Below the pieces are notes generated by a model, which was given only the letters and a program-made list of their open reading frames with translations, was not told where the DNA came from and did no database searches. Shown here one piece after another: positions 34,687-42,548 of a DNA stretch of 48,984 nucleotides. Each line of letters begins with the position of its first letter. The stretch's first letter is position 1. The stretch covers positions 1-48,984 of the forward strand of contig CAZJBH010000001.1 in the NCBI GenBank assembly GCA_964544485.1, read 5' to 3'. Source of the stretch: an uncultured Candidatus Saccharibacteria bacterium (GTDB lineage: Bacteria; Patescibacteriota; Minisyncoccia; Portnoybacterales; UBA2143). The position numbers and the translations under genes were made by a program.

Positions 34687-34978
34687 AGAAAAGGACTGTA
34701 ACTTAGAGGACGCTGTTTAATCAAAGAAAAGGACTGTCCTTGCAAACTGGCTAGAGGACGTTCCTTAGTTATATTTGAGGATTGTCCTTGCAGACTGCGA
34801 TTCTTTGTAATCAAAGGACGCAGTCGAAAGGACGATTCTCAAATAGAGAAAAGCTTTTCTCTGTCGAGGACATTCCTTATAAGGCGCCGTCCTTCTTCCA
34901 GAAGAACGCGCCTTCTAAGGAACGTCCTCTAGATTCATACCTTATAAGGAATGTTCTCTAGGTTACAGCCCTTTTCTT
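34687..34978. repeat. G+C-rich intergenic array of AGGA-N3-TCCT palindromes and long inverted/direct repeats
   Basis: A 22-nt inverted repeat 34687-34708 / 34956-34977 has 2 mismatches. An 18-nt inverted repeat 34751-34768 / 34915-34932 is perfect. An 18-nt inverted repeat 34867-34884 / 34940-34957 has 1 mismatch. There are direct repeats at 34731-34749 / 34779-34797 and 34687-34699 / 34725-34737. Confidence 0.8.
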
Positions 34979-35019
34979 TGTCCAAATGACAATTCTTTTT
35001 TGCAATAATTCTAGATAGA

Positions 35020-36276
35020 TTATTCAATGAATTTGAAAGTAGAAAGGATTTTATCTTCGAAATTACTACTAGGAGCTTCATTAAATTTAATGGTATATGT
35101 TTTGTTGTCGTATTTTAGGATTACCCATGGAAGATATACTTGAAGGCAGACGTCATTTGAACTAACCGCCTCTAATCCTTTAACTCCATCTATAGTTAAA
35201 GTATTCCATTTAACATCATTAAAATTTGAATTTTTACATCTTTGACTTAAATAATGGGTAAGCAGTTCCCGTAGACTAAATTGCTCTAGGGGTGTAATCT
35301 TATCATTTTTTAAAGCTGAGCCAGAGATTTCTGAAATGACAATTTCTAGAGAGAGTTTTACCGCAGAACCAATCCTAATGGTCCCATGATATGGTTCTGA
35401 TAAAGTATATTCTTCCGGATACTTAAATTCAAACCCATATTCTTCATTTTTATAAGTCTTCCAGTCCTGAGTTTGGTCGGATTCAATGAATTTGAAAGTA
35501 GAAAGGATTTGATCAAATTTTTCTATTTGTTCATTTGTGATTTTTTGTACCATTGGAGGACGGTTATTTAAAACGACTCTATATGTTTTATCATTATAAC
35601 TAAAAAAATAAATTAGCATTGGACAAGCTTGATAACATTCTCCTTGTTGATTCCATTTACTAGTTCCGCCTTCCCAGTATTTGAAAGCGTCTAAATTATC
35701 TTTTCCAACTTTTGAATTAATTGTTTTTGGCATATCTCCTGGCAAAAAATTCATATTTTCAAATGAATCAATCCAATTTATAATATTTAATTTTTGTGGA
35801 TTATCCCAAATAGAAATTGATATTCCTGGAAATTGGCTTTGTTTTTCATAAAACTCAATTCCTTTTTTAATAACAAACAGAGGACTGCTATCTGGATTTG
35901 TTAATGTGATTTTATGATTTAGATCCCAATTTTCCGGATACTTAAACTCAAACCCATATTCTTCATTTGTGTAAGTCTGCCAATCTGCCTCGTCGGTAGA
36001 TGAATCAGCAGTTGAATTCTTTGGACACTCGGCAAAATTACAAAAAGGAGGAACTCTAGAAACAGTTGAACCATCAGGACAGGTTTTTACATCTTGAGCG
36101 CAGAGAATTGATTCTTCGTTAAAATATTGATAAGCTCCGTAAGCGATTAATCCCAGAATAGCTAAAGATAGAATAATAATTAAAACTAAAGCCCACTTAG
36201 GCAATTTGGGTTTATTTATCTTAAAACCAGATTTTTGAAAATTATTTGATTGTTGATTGGATCCTTGGTTGTTCAT
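35020..36276 (-). CDS. Membrane-anchored secreted protein with an internally duplicated domain (YGFEFKYPE...ILSTFKFIE)
   Basis: N-terminal TM and a Cys-rich linker CAQDVKTCPDGS..FCNFAECP. Two modules each start DW(Q/K)TY(T/K)NEEYGFEFKYPE and end ILSTFKFIE. Confidence 0.6.
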   Translation of the reverse strand: MNNQGSNQQSNNFQKSGFKINKPKLPKWALVLIIILSLAILGLIAYGAYQYFNEESILCAQDVKTCPDGSTVSRVPPFCNFAECPKNSTADSSTDEADWQTYTNEEYGFEFKYPENWDLNHKITLTNPDSSPLFVIKKGIEFYEKQSQFPGISISIWDNPQKLNIINWIDSFENMNFLPGDMPKTINSKVGKDNLDAFKYWEGGTSKWNQQGECYQACPMLIYFFSYNDKTYRVVLNNRPPMVQKITNEQIEKFDQILSTFKFIESDQTQDWKTYKNEEYGFEFKYPEEYTLSEPYHGTIRIGSAVKLSLEIVISEISGSALKNDKITPLEQFSLRELLTHYLSQRCKNSNFNDVKWNTLTIDGVKGLEAVSSNDVCLQVYLPWVILKYDNKTYTIKFNEAPSSNFEDKILSTFKFIE

Positions 36277-36277
36277 A

Positions 36278-36306
36278 TTGACAAGACTTTTTAAATTTAT
36301 TAATAT
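36278..36306 (+). promoter_or_regulatory. Near-consensus promoter of the toxin-antitoxin operon
   Basis: TTGACA (36278-36283), 17-nt spacer, TAATAT (36301-36306). Confidence 0.6.
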
Positions 36307-36325
36307 TGTAATACAAATTATTACA
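36307..36325. promoter_or_regulatory. Palindromic candidate operator
   Basis: TGTAATA-caaat-TATTACA lies immediately after the -10 element. This is the expected position for autorepression by an RHH antitoxin. Confidence 0.45.
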
Positions 36326-36380
36326 GACTAATAAATTAATTAAAGGTCGTTAAATATTTTAATTAAAAATAAAAAAATCT

Positions 36381-36599
36381 ATGCGAAGTATTATTAATAT
36401 CTCTTTGCCAAAAGAAATGGTAAAATTTATTAAAAAAGAAGTTAAGCGAAATAAGTATGCTAGTGTTAGCGAGTTTTTTCGTTCTTTAGTGCGTGATTAT
36501 GAAGAAGAAAGCGCGCTTTTGACTGAATTAGAAGAAAGTCGTCGAGATATCAATTCTGGCAAAGGGAAGATTTTGCATTCTTTAAAAGATTTAAGATAA
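36381..36599 (+). CDS. Ribbon-helix-helix (CopG/ParD-like) antitoxin
   Basis: 72 aa. The N-terminus INISLPKEMVKFIKKEV...ASVSEFFRSLVRDY fits an RHH pattern. It sits upstream of the toxin. Confidence 0.7.
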   Translation: MRSIINISLPKEMVKFIKKEVKRNKYASVSEFFRSLVRDYEEESALLTELEESRRDINSGKGKILHSLKDLR

Positions 36600-36614
36600 G
36601 GATGGTTTTTATCT

Positions 36615-36872
36615 ATGATAATAATTTATTCTCCGAAATTCGTTCGGGAGTATAAGAAATTGCCAGTTAAAATTAAAGAGAAAGCTGAACAAAAAGAAAA
36701 ATATTTTCGTCAAGATCCCTTTGCTAAAGGATTGGAAACACATAAACTTTCTGGAAAATTTAAAAGTTTTTGGTCCTTTTCAATTAATCGAAAATATAGA
36801 ATTGTTTTTGAATTTGCTGATAATAATAGGATTTATTTTCATTCAATCGGAACTCATCGAATCTATCGTTAA
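36615..36872 (+). CDS. RelE/ParE-superfamily toxin
   Basis: 85 aa. HKLSGKFKSFWSFSINRKYRIVFEF..NRIYFHSIGTHRIY is the RelE/StbE-like pattern. Confidence 0.75.
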   Translation: MIIIYSPKFVREYKKLPVKIKEKAEQKEKYFRQDPFAKGLETHKLSGKFKSFWSFSINRKYRIVFEFADNNRIYFHSIGTHRIYR

Positions 36873-37889
36873 TTACAGTAAGTTTTGATTTTCCGGATAC
36901 TTTAATCTTAAATGTTGATAAGCTAGTTTAGTAGCGATTCTGCCGCGCGAAGTTCTGTCTAAAAATCCAAGCTGAAGTAAATAAGGTTCATGTACATCTT
37001 CAATTGTATCTCTTTCTTCATGGCTAGCTGCGGCTAAAGTATTAATTCCAACTGGACCTCCATTAAATTTTTGAATAATAATTTTTAATAAGCGGCGATC
37101 GCTTGGCTCTAATCCGTATTCATCTATTTCTAACATAGCTAAAGCTTGTTTAGTATTTTGTCGGTCTATTTTCCCATTCCCTCTAACCTGGCAATAGTCG
37201 CGCACTCTTTTAAGCAGGCGGTTAGCCACGCGCGGAGTTCGTCGCGAAGCTTGAGCGATTAATTTAAGCGCTTGTTTGTCTTGAATAGCAATATTTAATA
37301 TTCGGCTGGATCGTTCAATTATTTTTTCAATATCTTCATTTTTATAAAAGTCCAAGCGATAAGTTGCGCCGAATCTGTTTCTTAAAGGGGAAGAGAGTAG
37401 TCCAATTCGAGTGGTTGCTCCAATAAAAGTAAATTTAGGAAGTTCTAATTGGAGGGTTTTGGCAGAAGGGCCTTTGCCAATAATGATATCTAAGTTAAAA
37501 TCTTCCATAGCTGGATAAAGAGTTTCTTCAATAGTTTTGTTTAAGCGATGTGATTCATCGCAAAAAAGAATATCTCCAGGTTGAAGATTGGTTAAAATAG
37601 AAGCCAAATCTCCAACTTTTTCAATGGTTGGTCCGGCAGTTACTTTGATATTAACTCCCATCTGTTTGGCAATAATATGAGCAAGAGTGGTTTTGCCTAA
37701 TCCTGAATTTCCATAAAGCAAAACATGCTCAATCGGCTCTTTTCTTTTTTTGGCAGCTTCAATCAGAATCTGCAGATTTGCTTTGATTTTATCCTGTCCC
37801 ATATACTGATCAAATCCTTGCGGACGAAGGGTATTATCTAAGTAATCATCTCCATTTATTTTTTGCGATTTAACGATTTCTCTTGACAT
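36873..37889 (-). CDS. ruvB: Holliday junction branch migration ATPase RuvB
   Basis: [12 protein letters not shown], Walker [12 protein letters not shown], Walker [10 protein letters not shown], and the [15 protein letters not shown] sensor. Confidence 0.95.
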   Translation of the reverse strand: MSREIVKSQKINGDDYLDNTLRPQGFDQYMGQDKIKANLQILIEAAKKRKEPIEHVLLYGNSGLGKTTLAHIIAKQMGVNIKVTAGPTIEKVGDLASILTNLQPGDILFCDESHRLNKTIEETLYPAMEDFNLDIIIGKGPSAKTLQLELPKFTFIGATTRIGLLSSPLRNRFGATYRLDFYKNEDIEKIIERSSRILNIAIQDKQALKLIAQASRRTPRVANRLLKRVRDYCQVRGNGKIDRQNTKQALAMLEIDEYGLEPSDRRLLKIIIQKFNGGPVGINTLAAASHEERDTIEDVHEPYLLQLGFLDRTSRGRIATKLAYQHLRLKYPENQNLL

Positions 37890-37974
37890 TTTAGTTTGTT
37901 TTTGTTATGATGCTAATTAATAGGAGGGTCTGTTTAATTAAGCAGGCCTTTTTATTTGCTAAATGCTTAGTAAA

Positions 37975-38109
37975 CTGTAGGCAATAGGGTTTAAACTATG
38001 TTTAAGCCTGAGGGGGTTTATCTTAGATTATGGGTATGTTGGCTCTGGCTGGTGTATCCCTCGGAAAACCTTTTCTCTCTGTTCTCAGGCAGAGGGTCAT
38101 TGCCTACAG
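37975..38109 (+). ncRNA. Candidate structured small RNA (unknown family): closing helix plus three internal hairpins
   Basis: Perfect 11-bp closing helix ctgtaggcaat / attgcctacag. Internal helices 37987-37996/38000-38009, 38009-38014/38058-38063 and 38075-38081/38090-38096 contain G-U pairs that work only on the plus strand. Confidence 0.35.
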
Positions 38110-38124
38110 CTTATTAGGCATTTT

Positions 38125-41100
38125 TTATTTGTCATAATGTCCGGTCGTTCTTTCAACCTCTTCAAGCGTAGTAATCCCTTTGGCTGCTTTAATTAATCCA
38201 TCTTGATAAAGCGTAAGCATGCCGTTTTCTTCAGCAATTTTTTGAAGTTTATTTGGTCCGGCTGAAGCATTGATTTGATTGCGTATTTCTTGAGTTGGCT
38301 CCATAATTTCAAAAATAGCAATTTGTCCGTTATACCCTTTTTGATTGCAAGCATCGCATTTGCCGGGTTGGTAAAATTTAATTGAATCTAATCCTTGTTT
38401 GTATTTGTCTGGTATTTTAGCAAGTTCTTGTTCAATTTTTTTCTTTTTTTCTTGAGAAAGCTCAATTTCTTGCTTACATTTATCGCATAATTTTTTAACT
38501 AAGCGCTGAGCAATAATCATTCTTAGAGAAAAACTAATATCATTTGGGTCAATCCCTAATCCAGTTAAGCGCTGAATTGACTCTATCGCGCTATTAGTAT
38601 GAAGCGTAGTTAAAACTAAATGTCCGGTTAATGATGCTTCAACTGCAGCTTTAGCTGTTTCTTTGTTTCTAACTTCTCCAAGCATAACAATGTTTGGATT
38701 CTGTCGCAAAAGCGCTTCTAATGCATTGGCAAAAGTATATCCTTCTTCTTCATTGACCTGGGTTTGAACAATTCCTTTTAAGCGATATTCAATCGGATTT
38801 TCAATTGTAAAGATTTTAGTTTCTGGCCGATTAAGTTTGTTAAGGACAGAATAAAGCGTGGTGGTTTTTCCGGCTCCGGTAGGTCCGGTGACAAAAATGA
38901 TTCCATTTGGCATGCGAATATTTTGTTCAATTACTTTTTGGGCTGCCGGCAAAAGACCCAAATCGCTTAAGGAAATTACTCCGATTTCAGATTCAAGCAA
39001 GCGGACAATTAAAGATTCTCCGTATCCGCTCGGTAAAGCGGAAATACGCGCGTCAGTTGAATGCCCGTCAGGATAAGAGATTTTAAAGCGTCCGTCTTGA
39101 GCTCGATTATGAGTCTCTAATTCCATGCCAGCTAATTCTTTAATTTTGTTAACCATAGGCAGGAATAATTCTTTGGAAACTGTAGCAACTTCTTCCATGC
39201 TTCCTTGAATTCTTAATCTGATTTTAAAGTCATTTTCTCCAGCTTCAAAATGAATATCAGACGCTTTTAAAGAGCTGGCAATGGCAACTGTCCATTCAGG
39301 CAATTTTTCCATTTTAACATTATTTAACTTGTCTTGTATTTTATTAACATCTAGCTTTAATCCTTTAGCCCATTCAGCGATGTCTTCAGTAATAATTAAG
39401 GCTTTGGTTAAGATAGACATAATCGCGTCTCCGTAAAGCTGTTCAATATATTTCGGAGATCCAATTACCCGGCGAATTTCATCAAGCGTAGTTACTCCTT
39501 CAATAATTTTTAACATAGCGTCTTGCATTAAAGTAACCATTCCTTCTTGCATGACTTTGGCGCGAATTTCATAAGCAGTTGCCTGATTAATGATTAAATC
39601 TTCAATAGATTCAGTTACTGGCAAAACTTCAAAAATACCAATTCTTCCCTTATACCCAATTCCATGGCATTTTTCACATCCTTCGGCTTTATAGAATTTA
39701 TCTATTTTTTTAGGAATATCCAGGCCTGATTTGGCTGAAATTAAAGAGAATATTTTTTTAGCGCTTTCAACCATGGCTTTATCCGGTTTGTACGCTTTTT
39801 TACAGTCTGGACAAAGCTTTCTGACTAAGCGCTGGGCAATGATTAGATTAAGCGCGGTTGGCAGTAAAGACGGTTTAATCCCAATATCAGTTAAGCGCGG
39901 AATGGTTGCAGCTGCGTCATTGGTGTGAATTGTAGAAAAAACAATATGTCCGGTTAAGGCAAAATGCATAGCTATTTCAGCGCTTTCCTTGTCTCGAATT
40001 TCTCCAACCATTAAAGCGTCCGGATCTTGTCTGACAATCGCTTTTAAACTTTGAGCAAAGGTTTGCCCTTTTTTAGAGTTGATTTGGGTTTGGGTAATTC
40101 CGGGTAATCGGTATTCAATCGGATTTTCTACAGTAATTATTTTTTTGCCTGGTTTGTTGATATAGTTTAGGCAAGCATATAGCGAAGTTGTTTTTCCTGA
40201 TCCGGTTGGTCCGGTAGTCAAAACCATTCCATTTGGCCGATTAATTTGGCTTTCTATTAAGGGATAAATTTCTTTTCTTACTCCTAATTCAGATATATCT
40301 AATTTAACCGTTCCAACTCCGAGCAATCTAAGGACAACGCTTTCTCCGTGAATGCTGGGCAGAATAGAAACGCGAATATCTATTTTTTTAATTTCTTTTT
40401 CTTTGTCCAGAATTTTTACAGTAAATCTTCCATCTTGGCTTACATCTCTGACATTAAGCATCATTTCAGAAAGGGTTTTGATTCTTGAAAGTAGAAAACG
40501 GTAATTTTCCGGGTCAAAACTGGTAATATCTTGTAGTAATCCGTCTATGCGATAACGCAATCTAATTTGTTTTTTTTCCGGCTCTATGTGAATATCTGAA
40601 GAGCCCATTTTAATTGATCCGGCAATAATGATTGAAAGGAGTTTGCTGGTTGAGAGTTTTTTTACTTTTTTCCTAAGATCTTGAATAGTAGCTAGTGATT
40701 TTTCAAACTCTTTCATTTCTTCTTGTTGGAGAATTAAAACCCCTCTTAAGGAAACTCCTTGTTTTTTAACTAATTCATATCTTTTTAGTCCTAAGTTAAT
40801 GCTTCTTTGGGAAACAAGAAAAAAATGGCAGGTATATCCCTTTTCTTTCAGCTCTTTAACAATTTTTTGCGTTTCTGAATATTTGGGATTAACAACTGCT
40901 AGATAAAGTTCGTAATTTATTTTTTTAATTATCAGGCTATTTGCTTGTTTGGCTTTTTCTTTGGGAAGAATTGCTAAAGCGTCAGGATTAATCGGCGTAG
41001 TAGTTAAGTCTAAATAAGGGAGGTTTAATTTTTCAGCTTTTCGCTTAGCCCTCCTTTCTTCTTCTTTTTGTTTGATTAGCTCAAGCTTAGTTTTGAACTG

Positions 41101-41130
41101 TTTGTTTTTTGTATTTGGATCCATTAACAA
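38125..41130 (-). CDS. Tandem double PilB/GspE-family secretion ATPase (two complete ATPase cores in one polypeptide)
   Basis: Walker A TGPTGSGKTT and TGPTGAGKTT. VGEIRD / LGEVRN. His boxes LTGHIVFSTIHTND / LTGHLVLTTLHTNS. Two tetra-Cys motifs (CPDC..CEKC and CDKC..CDAC). Two N2-type domains (SDIHIEP / SDIHFEA). Confidence 0.85.
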   Translation of the reverse strand: MLMDPNTKNKQFKTKLELIKQKEEERRAKRKAEKLNLPYLDLTTTPINPDALAILPKEKAKQANSLIIKKINYELYLAVVNPKYSETQKIVKELKEKGYTCHFFLVSQRSINLGLKRYELVKKQGVSLRGVLILQQEEMKEFEKSLATIQDLRKKVKKLSTSKLLSIIIAGSIKMGSSDIHIEPEKKQIRLRYRIDGLLQDITSFDPENYRFLLSRIKTLSEMMLNVRDVSQDGRFTVKILDKEKEIKKIDIRVSILPSIHGESVVLRLLGVGTVKLDISELGVRKEIYPLIESQINRPNGMVLTTGPTGSGKTTSLYACLNYINKPGKKIITVENPIEYRLPGITQTQINSKKGQTFAQSLKAIVRQDPDALMVGEIRDKESAEIAMHFALTGHIVFSTIHTNDAAATIPRLTDIGIKPSLLPTALNLIIAQRLVRKLCPDCKKAYKPDKAMVESAKKIFSLISAKSGLDIPKKIDKFYKAEGCEKCHGIGYKGRIGIFEVLPVTESIEDLIINQATAYEIRAKVMQEGMVTLMQDAMLKIIEGVTTLDEIRRVIGSPKYIEQLYGDAIMSILTKALIITEDIAEWAKGLKLDVNKIQDKLNNVKMEKLPEWTVAIASSLKASDIHFEAGENDFKIRLRIQGSMEEVATVSKELFLPMVNKIKELAGMELETHNRAQDGRFKISYPDGHSTDARISALPSGYGESLIVRLLESEIGVISLSDLGLLPAAQKVIEQNIRMPNGIIFVTGPTGAGKTTTLYSVLNKLNRPETKIFTIENPIEYRLKGIVQTQVNEEEGYTFANALEALLRQNPNIVMLGEVRNKETAKAAVEASLTGHLVLTTLHTNSAIESIQRLTGLGIDPNDISFSLRMIIAQRLVKKLCDKCKQEIELSQEKKKKIEQELAKIPDKYKQGLDSIKFYQPGKCDACNQKGYNGQIAIFEIMEPTQEIRNQINASAGPNKLQKIAEENGMLTLYQDGLIKAAKGITTLEEVERTTGHYDK

Positions 41131-41160
41131 AATCTTAATTGTCTTTTATTTTATTTTATT

Positions 41161-41188
41161 TTAACATATTGGTCAATTATAGTATACT
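41161..41188 (+). promoter_or_regulatory. Candidate tsaE promoter
   Basis: TTAACA (41161-41166), 16-nt spacer, TATACT (41183-41188), 26 nt before the ATG. Confidence 0.3.
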
Positions 41189-41214
41189 GGAATAAATGAT
41201 TAATTGGTTAATTT

Positions 41215-41667
41215 ATGGAATTTATTACTTTTAACGGGCAAGAGACTAAAAAAAACGGATTTTTTTTAGGTGAAGAGATTTTAAAGACAAAAGATTCCAG
41301 CCAGCAAGCTTTAGTTTTTGGATTATCTGGAGATTTAGGCAGCGGCAAAACAACTTTTATTCAAGGAATTGCTCAAGGATTGAAAATTAAGGAAAAGATC
41401 ACTAGCCCTACTTTTGTAATTATGAAAAAATACAACATCCAGTATTCATCATCAAACATCAAACATTTGTATCACATTGATTGTTATCGAATTAATAGCC
41501 AGGATTTGTTAGAACTTGGATTTAAAGAGATTATTAGCCAGCCGGAAAATTTAGTTATTTTAGAATGGGCAAAAAGAGTTAAAAAGGCTCTTCCTCAAGA
41601 AACTGTTTGGATTAATTTTGAATATCTTGATCAAGATAAAAGAAAGATTGAAATAAAGAATTATTAA
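41215..41667 (+). CDS. tsaE: tRNA t6A biosynthesis ATPase TsaE
   Basis: LSGDLGSGKTTFIQG, SPTFVI, LYHIDCYRI, ILEWA. Confidence 0.85.
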   Translation: MEFITFNGQETKKNGFFLGEEILKTKDSSQQALVFGLSGDLGSGKTTFIQGIAQGLKIKEKITSPTFVIMKKYNIQYSSSNIKHLYHIDCYRINSQDLLELGFKEIISQPENLVILEWAKRVKKALPQETVWINFEYLDQDKRKIEIKNY

Positions 41668-41668
41668 A

Positions 41669-42541
41669 ATGAAAAAAATACTTATTCTTGACAGCAATGC
41701 TTTAATGCATCGGGCTTATCATGCTTTGCCCAGGCTTAAGGATCCGAATGGGCAAATAGTTAATTCGGTTTATGGCTTTGCAAGCATTCTTTTTAAGTTT
41801 ATCAAAGAATTAGCTCCTGAATATTTAGTGGCTGCTTTTGATGTTGAAGGGCCAAGCTTGCGGAAAGAACAATATCAGGATTATAAGGCAAAAAGGATTA
41901 AGCCGGATCAAGAATTTTATGATCAAATTCCATTAATCAAGCAAATGCTTGATTTGTTAAAAATTCCGATTTATGGGGTTAGCGGTTATGAGGCAGATGA
42001 TGTTATTGGCAGTATTTCAACCCAGCTTAATCAGCAGAATCCAAATTTAGAAATCAATATTTTGACTGGAGATTTAGATCTTTTGCAATTAGTTAATCAA
42101 AAAACCAAAATCCTTTTTTTAAAGACAGGAATAAGCCAAACAGCTGTTTTTGATATTCAAGCAGTTAAACAAAAATATGGTTTTTCTCCTAAACGGCTTG
42201 TTGATTACAAGGCTTTAAGAGGAGATGCTTCGGATAATATTCCTGGAGTTCCCGGAGTTGGAGATAAAACTGCTTGTGAATTAATTGGCCAATTTAAAAA
42301 TTTAAAACAACTTTATCAACAGTTGGAAACAAGCAATTTAAATGTTAAGCTAAAAGCGCGCTTAAAAGAATATCAAGATAAGGCTTTTTTAAGCTATGAT
42401 TTAGCAAAAATTAAGCTTGATCTTGATTTGAATTTTGATTTAAATCAGGCTAGATGGGGGGATTATAATGAAAAAGAATTAATTTGTTTTTTTGAAAAGC
42501 TTGGATTTAATAGTTTAATCAAAAGGTTGGATGTGTTATAA
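41669..42541 (+). CDS. Stand-alone 5'-3' exonuclease / flap endonuclease (Pol I N-terminal domain homologue)
   Basis: LDSNALMHRAYHALP, GYEADDVIG, LTGDLDLLQLV, RGDASDNIPGVPGVGDKTA. No polymerase domain follows. Confidence 0.85.
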   Translation: MKKILILDSNALMHRAYHALPRLKDPNGQIVNSVYGFASILFKFIKELAPEYLVAAFDVEGPSLRKEQYQDYKAKRIKPDQEFYDQIPLIKQMLDLLKIPIYGVSGYEADDVIGSISTQLNQQNPNLEINILTGDLDLLQLVNQKTKILFLKTGISQTAVFDIQAVKQKYGFSPKRLVDYKALRGDASDNIPGVPGVGDKTACELIGQFKNLKQLYQQLETSNLNVKLKARLKEYQDKAFLSYDLAKIKLDLDLNFDLNQARWGDYNEKELICFFEKLGFNSLIKRLDVL

Positions 42542-42548
42542 TCTCTAT

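Noticed and set aside
34632-34814. 60-aa minus-strand ORF with repeated SLQGQS
   Set aside because: The amino-acid repeat simply mirrors the DNA direct repeats of the intergenic palindrome array. The ORF overlaps the ComEA-like start and has no coding signature.
38858-39928. Plus-strand ORFs of 72 aa and 65 aa inside the tandem PilB gene. Similar short antisense ORFs occur at 4031-4249, 6782-7057, 8114-8302, 21734-21925, 22703-22942, 27102-27320, 29812-30081, 31809-32036, 33000-33221, 43810-44025 and 45239-45472.
   Set aside because: All lie inside longer ORFs that carry clear family motifs, either on the opposite strand or in another frame (21734-21925 is same-strand, within dnaA). I treat them as chance frames.
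41451-41463. 13-nt string atcaaacatcaaa inside tsaE, identical to part of the heptad array (45461-45473)
   Set aside because: It is a short, low-complexity AT-rich match inside a normal coding region (…SSSNIKH…). This is most likely coincidence.
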